The position numbers and the translations under genes are program-made. Positions 19,322 to 27,621 of a DNA stretch of 42,858 nt are shown here, one piece after another. Within the stretch, counting starts at the first letter, position 1, and each line of letters begins with the position of its first letter. The notes under the pieces are model-generated. The model did no database searches, was not told the origin of the DNA, and saw nothing but the letters and a program-made list of their open reading frames with translations. The DNA is from Terracidiphilus sp. (GTDB taxonomy: Bacteria; Acidobacteriota; Terriglobia; Terriglobales; Acidobacteriaceae). The stretch is from NCBI GenBank assembly GCA_049284975.1, contig JBAPYY010000797.1, positions 1 through 42,858 of the forward strand. The letters are read 5' to 3'.

Positions 19322-21043
19322 ATGACAAACTCGACTCCGGAAAGCACAAACGCTCCAACTCTCGACGCTCCCACTCCCTCCAATTTTCTCCGTGACATGA
19401 TCGCCGAGGATGTGCGCACGAAGAGGTACGGCGACGCCGTCATCCAGACGCGCTTTCCACCGGAGCCAAACGGCTATCTCCACATTGGCCACGCCAAAGC
19501 CATCTGCATCGACTTTGGCCTTGCCGACGAGTTCGGCGGCAAAACCAACCTGCGCTTCGACGATACCAATCCTGAAAAAGAAGAGCAGGAGTACGTCGAT
19601 TCCATCATGGCCGACGTGCGCTGGCTCGGCTTCGATTGGGAGCGTCTTTGCTATGCCTCCGACTACTTTGGTCAGCTCTACGAGTGGGCGCTCGAACTCA
19701 TCCGCGCAGGCAAGGCTTATGTCGATGACCTCACCGCAGACGAGATTCGCCAGCACCGCGGCACGCTGACAGAGCCCGGCAAGGACTCGCCCTATCGCAA
19801 CCGCACAATCGAAGAAAATCTCGACCTCTTCACTCGTATGAAGGTCGGCGAATTCCCCGACGGCACTCGCGTGCTGCGCGCCAAGATCGACATGGCGTCA
19901 CCAAATCTGAACATGCGCGACCCGGTCATGTACCGCATCCTTCACGCTTCGCATCAACGCACCGGCGATGAGTGGTGCATTTATCCCATGTACGACTACG
20001 CTCACGGTCAGTCGGATTCCATTGAACGCGTCACCCACTCAATGTGTACTTTGGAGTTTGCGGACCACCAGCCCCTTTACCGTTGGTATATCGAGCAACT
20101 CGGCATTTTTCCTTCGAATCAGACGGAATTCGACCGCCTCAACATCACTTACACCATGCTCAGCAAGCGCAAGCTTCTCCAGCTCGTGCAGGAAAAGCGC
20201 GTAAACGGGTGGGACGATCCACGCATGCCCACTCTCAGCGGTCTTCGCCGCCGCGGATTTACGCCTGAAGCCATTCGCGCCTTCGTCGCCGCCAGCGGAG
20301 TCTCTCGGACCAACGGCAGCACCGATGTCGAAATGCTCGAGCACTTCCAACGCGACGACCTTAACCGCCGAGCCAATCGCTCAATGGCAGTCCTGCGCCC
20401 GCTCAAGCTGGTTATCGATAACTATCCCGCCGGACAGGTAGAGTTCGTCGAGGCCGCCAACAACCCTGAAGACCCTTCCGCGGGCACACGCAAGGTGCCA
20501 TTCTCCGGCGAGATCTATATCGAGCAAGATGATTTTCGCGAAGTTCCTCCGCCCAAGTATTATCGCCTGTCACCCGGCAAGGAGGTTCGCCTGCGCAACG
20601 CCTATTTCGTAACAGCACAAAGCGTGGTGAAGGACACGGACGGCAACATCATTGAGGTGCACTGTACCTATGATCCGGCCAGCCGCGGCGGCAACTCACC
20701 CGATGGTCGCAAGGTCAAGTCCACCATGCACTGGGTCTCGGCCGCCCACGCCATCACGGCCCAAATTCGCCTCTACGACAAGCTCTTCGCCAAGGCCGAT
20801 CCTTACGATTTGGAAGAAGGCCAGGACGTTCTCGAAAATCTCAACCCCAACTCTCTCGAGATTCTCACCAGCGCAAAACTTGAGCCTTCTCTCGCCAACG
20901 CCAAACTCGAAGACCGCTTTCAGTTCGAGCGCGTCGGCTACTTCTGCGTCGATCCCGATTCCGCGCCGGGCGATTTGGTTTTCAATCGTACCCTCGCTCT
21001 CAAAGACTCCTGGGCCAAAATCGAAAAGAAGTCTGGAGCGTGA
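19322..21043 (+). CDS. glnS: Glutamine--tRNA ligase
   Basis: [57 protein letters not shown]. Confidence 0.97.
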   Translation: MTNSTPESTNAPTLDAPTPSNFLRDMIAEDVRTKRYGDAVIQTRFPPEPNGYLHIGHAKAICIDFGLADEFGGKTNLRFDDTNPEKEEQEYVDSIMADVRWLGFDWERLCYASDYFGQLYEWALELIRAGKAYVDDLTADEIRQHRGTLTEPGKDSPYRNRTIEENLDLFTRMKVGEFPDGTRVLRAKIDMASPNLNMRDPVMYRILHASHQRTGDEWCIYPMYDYAHGQSDSIERVTHSMCTLEFADHQPLYRWYIEQLGIFPSNQTEFDRLNITYTMLSKRKLLQLVQEKRVNGWDDPRMPTLSGLRRRGFTPEAIRAFVAASGVSRTNGSTDVEMLEHFQRDDLNRRANRSMAVLRPLKLVIDNYPAGQVEFVEAANNPEDPSAGTRKVPFSGEIYIEQDDFREVPPPKYYRLSPGKEVRLRNAYFVTAQSVVKDTDGNIIEVHCTYDPASRGGNSPDGRKVKSTMHWVSAAHAITAQIRLYDKLFAKADPYDLEEGQDVLENLNPNSLEILTSAKLEPSLANAKLEDRFQFERVGYFCVDPDSAPGDLVFNRTLALKDSWAKIEKKSGA

Positions 21044-21292
21044 AGGGGCCGCGACCTTGCAGGCTTCGAAATGACCCGCTCAGAGTGGTGCTTTGTCAGA
21101 AACAAGTTAAGTCCTGATTCTTGTCCCGATGGCAGCCCTGAACACGCCTCTTTACCGTTACGTAAGTAATGTTTCTAGGTTACGAAGGGGACATACCTGG
21201 CTAGAGCAAATGTGTATAGTGATTAGCAGCCGGCAAGACAGGACAGAGATTCCGGTTGGAAGCTGAATTCCCCAAATTGAAGGCTAACCTTA

Positions 21293-23467
21293 ATGGGCTC
21301 AACCAGATCTTCTTGCAGAAGAAAGCCCAGCTCACCGAAACTCAAGTCTTTCGGACTGGATCTTCGCGCGCACGTCCTCATTCTATTTGTCTGTGTTGGA
21401 CTAGCGGGTTGCAACACGTCGATCTCACCAATTTCTTCCTCTGGAAATAGCCCCGCGCCAACGATTAACTCGTTTGAGGCCCAACCGGAAAACATAAACT
21501 CCGGTCTCAGCAGCACGCTGAGCTGGTCGGTGAGTGGAGCGACGAGCATTGCCATCACACCTGGGACATTCACGTCCACGTCTGCGACCGGTTCAACGAG
21601 CGTAAGTCCGACGGTGACGACAACCTACACTTTGACGGCAACCGATGCTGCCGGCTCAGTCACTTCTTTGCAAACCGTTACTGTAAGCTCGGAAACCAAA
21701 CCAACGATCAACTCGTTTGAGGCTCAGCCGGAAAACATAAACTCCGGTCTCAGCAGCACGTTGAGCTGGTCAGTGAGCGGAGCGACGAGCATTGCCATTA
21801 CGCCGGGAACATTCACATCAACGTTGGCGACCGGTTCAACGAGCGTGAGTCCGACAGCGACGACCTCCTATACGTTGACAGCGACCGATGCTGCTGGCTC
21901 AGTGACCGCTATACAAACCGTTACAGTGGACACAGCGAGCAAACCAACGATCAGCTCCTTCACTGCCAGCCCCACAAGCATCACTTCTGGTTCCAGCAGC
22001 ACGCTGAGTTGGTCGGTGAGCGGAGCGACGAGCATTGCCATCACGCCGGGGACATTCACGTCCACATCGGCGAGCGGTTCAACGAGTGTGAGTCCAACGG
22101 CAACGACTACTTACACCTTAACGGCTAACAATGCATCAGGCTCAACCACTTCCACGACAAGCGTCATCGTGACAGCACCCGTGTCTGGTGGTCCACTGGA
22201 GATAACAACCACTACATGCCCAGGCGGAACACAAGGCGATGCGTACGCAGGCTGCACAATAGTCGCGAGCGGCGGCACTCCGCCTTACAAGTACTCACTA
22301 AGCTCGGATGTCACCGACTACCCTCCGTTGCCCGAAGGGATGTCTCTCGATGCCACCACGGGGTACATCAGCAGTTCGCTGATCGGTGGCCAAGGCACCT
22401 ACATTCCAGAATTGGAAGTTACAGACTCGACAGGCACAAAGGCGACTCAGAACATCACCTTCGCCATCAATGGCAACAACATGTTCCTTACCGGCGTCTT
22501 CCCGTCGAATTCCATCTTCCACCATCGAGTAGACGCAGCCACGACGGGCTTGCCCATAGATGCTTCACCCGCGGCGCCCATTTACAGTGCTTACTTGCCG
22601 GAGACGATCAAACCGTTCTTCGGTGATGAGTACGCTAACTTTCCCAACGGTATACCGGCCGTTGAAGTTCCTTACAACCAGCCTGACGTGCCGGTCTCAA
22701 CCACCGTGTATGGATACGGCTTCACCTCCGGTCCGATCCCACCGTATGCTCCTGTGGAAGGCACCACCAACTCGACCGGAGACAGACACGTTCTGGTCTA
22801 CCTGGAAGCGGGCGGGGGAAAAAATCCTTCCCTTTATGAAATGTGGCAAGGAATCTACGAGAGCGGTCCGTGGACCGATTCGAGCAACGGTTATTTCGCC
22901 AACACATCCTCGAACGGCATGGAACTAGGAGGATCCGATGCCGCGGGACTTCCTGTGAGCCCATTACTCGTGAACGCGGACGAGGTAATCGGGACAGGCA
23001 CGCCCAGCGCGCCAAACGGAGTGATTCAACATCCGATCCGATTTACGCTCAACCACATTGTGAATTACTGGGTCTGGCCTGCCACAGCTACAGCAGGTGT
23101 TGGCACTTGCTCGGCGGCGGGAGGAGTGGTGATTCCCATTTTCACGGAAATCTCGCAGTCTTCTCCTCCTGCAGCCTGCGCCGGCATGACGGGACCAGCT
23201 GGCGAGATCTATCGGCTAAAAGCTTCCGTGGCGACTCCCTCTTGCGCATCCACCAGCCCACAAGCGAACGTTATCATCACCGCATTCCGAAACTACGGGA
23301 TTATTCTCGCAGACAATGGGGATAGCGGAGGACTGATCGGAACTCCCGACGCTCGGTGGAACAATGGTGATCTTTCGTGCCTTGAGAAACTCATCTTGTC
23401 GGACTTCGAACCTGTGAACGTCTCAACAATCATGGTCAATAGCGGGAGCGGGCAAACGAGCCACTAA
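21293..23467 (+). CDS. Putative lipoprotein with three tandem Ig-like repeats, a fourth Ig-like domain and a conserved uncharacterised C-terminal domain
   Basis: Lipobox LAGC; three 81-aa Ser/Thr-rich repeats PTI.SF.A.P..I.SG.SSTLSWSV; putative-Ig ASGGTPPY...LPEGMSLD; C-terminal GDRH, DAAGLP, HPIRFT, YGIILADNG. Confidence 0.8.
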   Translation: MGSTRSSCRRKPSSPKLKSFGLDLRAHVLILFVCVGLAGCNTSISPISSSGNSPAPTINSFEAQPENINSGLSSTLSWSVSGATSIAITPGTFTSTSATGSTSVSPTVTTTYTLTATDAAGSVTSLQTVTVSSETKPTINSFEAQPENINSGLSSTLSWSVSGATSIAITPGTFTSTLATGSTSVSPTATTSYTLTATDAAGSVTAIQTVTVDTASKPTISSFTASPTSITSGSSSTLSWSVSGATSIAITPGTFTSTSASGSTSVSPTATTTYTLTANNASGSTTSTTSVIVTAPVSGGPLEITTTTCPGGTQGDAYAGCTIVASGGTPPYKYSLSSDVTDYPPLPEGMSLDATTGYISSSLIGGQGTYIPELEVTDSTGTKATQNITFAINGNNMFLTGVFPSNSIFHHRVDAATTGLPIDASPAAPIYSAYLPETIKPFFGDEYANFPNGIPAVEVPYNQPDVPVSTTVYGYGFTSGPIPPYAPVEGTTNSTGDRHVLVYLEAGGGKNPSLYEMWQGIYESGPWTDSSNGYFANTSSNGMELGGSDAAGLPVSPLLVNADEVIGTGTPSAPNGVIQHPIRFTLNHIVNYWVWPATATAGVGTCSAAGGVVIPIFTEISQSSPPAACAGMTGPAGEIYRLKASVATPSCASTSPQANVIITAFRNYGIILADNGDSGGLIGTPDARWNNGDLSCLEKLILSDFEPVNVSTIMVNSGSGQTSH
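21458..22175 (+). repeat. Intragenic tandem repeat, 3 copies, 243-bp period
   Basis: Units start CCAACGAT at 21458, 21701 and 21944 and share long near-identical stretches (AGCAGCACG.TGAG.TGGTC.GTGAG.GGAGCGACGAGCATTGCCAT). Confidence 0.92.
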
Positions 23468-23667
23468 CCATCTTCTGGCGGGGCCAGTGACTTTGCGGCT
23501 TCCGGCACTCGGAAGAAACGTTTTTGTAATCCCCGCACTCACGTGAATTGTCTCAATAGGGCGAATTGCGCAATTTGCAATGCGGCAAATCCCGAGTGAA
23601 CATAGAGAGGCGCGCATTGTGCGCAGAAGCGCAATCACTGTGGCGCAGTGGAGCTGAGTTCATTCAT

Positions 23668-25581
23668 CTATCCGAAGATCGCAGTCACGATGTGGTTGAC
23701 CGCAAAAGCCGCGCTCCATGCCAGCGCCAGCATGTAGAGAAACTGCACAGCGGGCCATTTCCAACTATTCGTTTCGCGACGAACGACGGCCATGGTCGAA
23801 GTACACTGCATGGCAAATGCGAAGAAGATCATCAGCGCCAGAGCTCCGCCTAAAGTCATGTCGTGGTGCAGGGCGGTTTGCAGGCTGAGAGCGTGTGTGT
23901 CGGCCTGTGCGCCATACAAGGTTCCCATGGTGCTGACCATTACCTCGCGGGCGAGAACGCTGGAAAGCAGGCCAATGCCGATCTTCCAATTGAAGCCCAA
24001 TGGCGCAATGGCCGGCTCGATGAAATGGCCCAGCCGTCCAATTACGCTGTCAGCCAGCTCAGGCGCGGCGAGCACGCCGCTCGTCGTTTGAATCACCGGC
24101 AAATGTGCCAGCACCCAAAGCGCCAGCGTGACACAGAGGATGATGGTGCCAGCCTGGCGCAGGAAGACGCGCGCACGGTCCACGAGCCGCAGGCCTAGCG
24201 ATCGCAGCGTGGGCATGCGGTACTGTGGCAGCTCCAGAATAAACGGCGTCTCACTGGACTTGAGGATCGAGCTCTTGAGCAGCCACGCCGTGGTCATTGC
24301 GCCAACAAAGCCGGCCAGATAAAGGCCAAGCATAGTCAGCGTGCGCAGGCCGAGGAAACCGTGCAGGTAGACGATATTGGGAATGAAGGCGGCGATCAAA
24401 AGCATATAAACCGGCAAGCGAGCCGAGCAGGTCATGAAGGGCGTGACTAGAATGGTCGCCATGCGGTCGCGTTTGTTCTCGATGGTGCGCGTGGCCATGA
24501 TGGCCGGGACGGCGCAAGCGTATGCAGAGAGCAGCGGAATGAAGGCCTTCCCGTTGAGCCCTGTTGTGCGCATGACACGGTCGGCTATGAGTGCTGCGCG
24601 TGAGAGATAGCCGGAGTCTTCCAGAATTCCGATGAAAAGAAAAAGCAGAAGGATTTGCGGGAGGAAAACGAGAACTGACGAAATGCCCTTCCATGCGCCG
24701 TCGAGGATGAGCGACTGAATCCAGCCAGCGGGCAACAAAGGCCGGACCAGGTTGCCAATATCGGCCAGGATGACGCCAAAGCCGTCGGAGAGTGGCTGGC
24801 CAATGGAGAAGACCACTTCGAAGACACCAACAACTACCAGCAAAAACAAAAGCGGTCCCCAGATGCGGTGCAGCAAGACATCGTCGATCTTGCGTGTGCC
24901 CTCGACTGAGAGCGGTGCGCTGTATCCGGTGCGGCGGCTCAACTGCGCCGCCCAACTGTGCGCACTGGCGGCATTTCCCACAACGGGCAGCGTGAGCGGC
25001 TTGGCGCCAACGCGATTGGTTTGCTGATGGAGGAAGAGCGGAACGGCATCCAGGCCCGATCCGTTTACGGCGCTGATCTGGGCGACGGGCGCGCCGAGTT
25101 CGCGAGCCAATTCGAGGGGGTCGATGCGTCCACCGCGAGCCTCCATCAGGTCGCTCATGTTCAGCAGAACCAGAGTCGGCAATCCCAGCGCTAACACCGG
25201 CGCGGCCAGCATCAACTGACGAGTGAGGTGCAGGGAATCGAGCACCAGCAGCACAGCATCCGGCTTGGGCGTGCCGGGCATCTTGCCACGCAGCACGTTG
25301 ATAGAAACCCTGGCGTCTTCAGAATACGGATCAAGCGAGTAGATTCCTGGCAGATCGATAAGGGTCAGGTCGGCGCGGCCCACCCCTGCCATCAGGCCCA
25401 TGCGCTGCTCGACGGTGACGCCGGGGAAGTTGGCCACCTTTTGGCGCAGGCCGGTCAACCGGTTGAAAAGGGTAGACTTTCCGGAGTTCGGTGGCCCGAT
25501 GAGCACCACGGTTCTCAGCTCCCCAGAGTGCGATGGAGAATTGGGAGCGACAAAGGCTGTGGTTTCGCAGCAGGCGCTCAT
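23668..25581 (-). CDS. feoB: Ferrous iron transporter B
   Basis: GTPase motifs GPPNSGKS, NFPGVTVE, DLPG, NMSD; membrane domain LEDSGYLSRAA, PFMTCSARLP, FILELP.Y, MQCTST. Confidence 0.96.
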   Translation of the reverse strand: MSACCETTAFVAPNSPSHSGELRTVVLIGPPNSGKSTLFNRLTGLRQKVANFPGVTVEQRMGLMAGVGRADLTLIDLPGIYSLDPYSEDARVSINVLRGKMPGTPKPDAVLLVLDSLHLTRQLMLAAPVLALGLPTLVLLNMSDLMEARGGRIDPLELARELGAPVAQISAVNGSGLDAVPLFLHQQTNRVGAKPLTLPVVGNAASAHSWAAQLSRRTGYSAPLSVEGTRKIDDVLLHRIWGPLLFLLVVVGVFEVVFSIGQPLSDGFGVILADIGNLVRPLLPAGWIQSLILDGAWKGISSVLVFLPQILLLFLFIGILEDSGYLSRAALIADRVMRTTGLNGKAFIPLLSAYACAVPAIMATRTIENKRDRMATILVTPFMTCSARLPVYMLLIAAFIPNIVYLHGFLGLRTLTMLGLYLAGFVGAMTTAWLLKSSILKSSETPFILELPQYRMPTLRSLGLRLVDRARVFLRQAGTIILCVTLALWVLAHLPVIQTTSGVLAAPELADSVIGRLGHFIEPAIAPLGFNWKIGIGLLSSVLAREVMVSTMGTLYGAQADTHALSLQTALHHDMTLGGALALMIFFAFAMQCTSTMAVVRRETNSWKWPAVQFLYMLALAWSAAFAVNHIVTAIFG

Positions 25582-25883
25582 TTTGCGACCTCGAGTCGAT
25601 CAGGAACTCTCTCGCCTGCAACCACCTTCAGTAGTTCGGCTTGCTTTATATCGCTTTTGATGGGCCCCATGCGGATAGCTGCTGCGGTTTCTCGTCTGAG
25701 GGCAATTTCCATGCCGTCCACACTGTAAACGGTTGGATCGCCGGCTGGGGCGCGGCGAAGGACGGTCACTTGTGCGTCGGGAACAAAACCCATATGCATC
25801 AGATGGTTCTGCACGGATTCAGGCAGGTCGAGAGCCACCAGAATCCCGCTATCGCCCACATTCAGTTTACTTAACGCGCTCAA
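25578..25883 (-). CDS. feoA: Ferrous iron transport protein A
   Basis: L..MGFVP...V.V.RRAP.GDP....V....IALR SH3-like pattern; 4-bp overlap with feoB. Confidence 0.92.
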   Translation of the reverse strand: MSALSKLNVGDSGILVALDLPESVQNHLMHMGFVPDAQVTVLRRAPAGDPTVYSVDGMEIALRRETAAAIRMGPIKSDIKQAELLKVVAGERVPDRLEVAK

Positions 25884-26135
25884 CTGCCGGCCTCCGATGG
25901 GTCGCCGGAAAGGCAGAACCCTGAAACTACGACCAGAATAGTCGGAATTTCAGTATACGACCATTTTGGTCTTAGAAGCAACCGCCTGTTTTCCGTTGCT
26001 TGCTGGATGTCCATGCTGGTTTTCGCCTGAAACGTGGGCAAGGCTGGCGGATTCGCCTCCCACTCCCAATTTGGACCCCACAGGCTTTATTTAACGCGAC
26101 GTTGCTCTGTTTTTAGCAGCGAAGGCAGATTAAAG

Positions 26136-26153
26136 ATGTGACCCAAATCACAT
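26136..26153. promoter_or_regulatory. Perfect TGTGA-N6-TCACA box (CRP/FNR-family or Rex-type operator) in the feoA / AKR divergent region
   Basis: ATGTGA-CCCAAA-TCACAT, about 120 bp upstream of the AKR start. Confidence 0.75.
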
Positions 26154-26271
26154 AGAATGTTGCGCAGGCGTTTACAAGACCGTGGCCGTGAACAACAAAA
26201 AGATGAATCTGACAGGAGTCAGGGGCTCCGAGTAAAATTCATTGTGCTCATCAGAAGAAGCGAGGAAAACT

Positions 26272-27414
26272 ATGCAGTTTCGCAGCTTTGGCAAGCTTGA
26301 TTGGAAGGCTTCAGCGTTGGGCTTTGGCTGTATGCGTTTTCCCACTCCGGATGGGGATCGTATGAGTTCCAATATCGATGAGGCCGAGGCGCTGCGCATG
26401 GTTCGCCACGCCATTGATAGCGGCGTAAATTACATTGACACCGCATACCCTTACCATGGCGGCCAAAGCGAAATCGTGGTGGGCAAAGCGCTGAAGGATG
26501 GCTATAGGGAGAAGGTCAAGCTGGCTACGAAATTGCCGGTCTGGATGGTCGAGAGCCCCGCGGACTTTGACCGATTGCTTGATGAGCAATTGAAAAAACT
26601 CCAGACAAGTTATATAGATTTTTGTCTGCTTCATGCGCTTGGTAAGAGCCGCTGGCGGAATATTGTCTTAAAGCACGATCTTCTCGGCCGGGCTAAGGCC
26701 GCGCTGGATGATGGCCGTATCCGGCATCTTGGGTTCTCCTTTCACGACGAGTTTGAGGCCTTCGAGGAGATTGTCAACGGCAGCGATCTGTGGAGTTTCT
26801 GCCAGATTCAGTACAACTACATGGACACGGAGAATCAGGCCGGAACGCGCGGCCTGAAGTTGGCGGCCAGCAAGGGTCTGGCTGTCGTTGTGATGGAGCC
26901 ACTGATGGGTGGCAGGCTGGCCTCGCCGCCCAAAGACGTGCTTGATGCCATGGAGAGCTGCGCGTTGCGGCGATCTGCCGCGGAGTGGGCGCTGCAGTGG
27001 CTCTGGGATCAACCGGAAGTTTCGGTGGTGCTGAGCGGCATGTCCACGATGTCGCAAGTGGAAGAGAACCTGTGCTCCGCTGATCGCTCGCGTAGCGGGA
27101 GTTTTAGCCCCGCTGAGTTGGCGGTGATTTCCGAGGCGAGGGAAAAATATAGCTTGCGCACGGCGATTCCTTGCAGCAAGTGCAACTACTGCATGCCGTG
27201 TCCCAACGGCTTGAATATCCCGGCGAACTTCGAGTTTTTCAACTACGCCCGTTTGTTTGATGACGTGGCCGGCGCTCGCTATAAGTACCAGATATTTCTC
27301 ACCGAAGCGCAGCGTGCAAGCGCCTGTACCGATTGCGGTACCTGCGAAGGGCTATGCCCGCAGCAGATCCCGATCCGCGATTGGATGCCCAAGGTTTCCG
27401 CCCTGCTGGGGTAA
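26272..27414 (+). CDS. Aldo/keto reductase with C-terminal 2x[4Fe-4S] ferredoxin-like domain
   Basis: LGFGCMRFP, GVNYIDTAYPYH.G.SE, LATKLP, LGFSFH, MEPL.GG; CSKCNYCMPCP and CTDCGTCEGLCP; GAGG RBS before ATG 26272. Confidence 0.92.
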   Translation: MQFRSFGKLDWKASALGFGCMRFPTPDGDRMSSNIDEAEALRMVRHAIDSGVNYIDTAYPYHGGQSEIVVGKALKDGYREKVKLATKLPVWMVESPADFDRLLDEQLKKLQTSYIDFCLLHALGKSRWRNIVLKHDLLGRAKAALDDGRIRHLGFSFHDEFEAFEEIVNGSDLWSFCQIQYNYMDTENQAGTRGLKLAASKGLAVVVMEPLMGGRLASPPKDVLDAMESCALRRSAAEWALQWLWDQPEVSVVLSGMSTMSQVEENLCSADRSRSGSFSPAELAVISEAREKYSLRTAIPCSKCNYCMPCPNGLNIPANFEFFNYARLFDDVAGARYKYQIFLTEAQRASACTDCGTCEGLCPQQIPIRDWMPKVSALLG

Positions 27415-27531
27415 GTGCAAACGGGGCATGCTTCTTTGCGGTTGAAAGGGAAAGCTTGGCGCGTCTTCTATTCCTCAGGTCTGCCTCACCTTATGAGAAT
27501 CTCATCGCAATGTGGGAATATTGGGCCTCCT

Positions 27532-27547
27532 TGTGTCTTGCATCACA
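27532..27547. promoter_or_regulatory. TGTGA-N6-TCACA-type box upstream of nifJ
   Basis: TGTGT-CTTGCA-TCACA (9/10 match), about 75 bp upstream of the nifJ ATG. Confidence 0.6.
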
Positions 27548-27621
27548 GCAACTCTACCCCCCAGGGAAGAGACTCGAAGTAACGGTTGATTTTCAGCCCA
27601 CCCCGTCATGAGGCAAAGCGA

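Noticed and set aside
21458..22175. Regularly spaced repeats considered as a CRISPR or mobile-element array
   Set aside because: 243-bp in-frame coding repeats with no unique spacers and no cas or transposase genes
23542..23557. CGTGA-ATTGTC-TCAAT partial CRP-like box
   Set aside because: Only 7/10 match and located between convergent gene ends
25884..26135. Search for a Fur or DtxR box upstream of feoA
   Set aside because: No convincing match; TTTTGGTCTTAG near 25964 only weakly resembles the galE boxes
27493..27505. ATGAGAATCTCAT palindrome upstream of nifJ as a possible Fur/PerR box
   Set aside because: Too short and does not fit the 7-1-7 Fur geometry; no second instance seen
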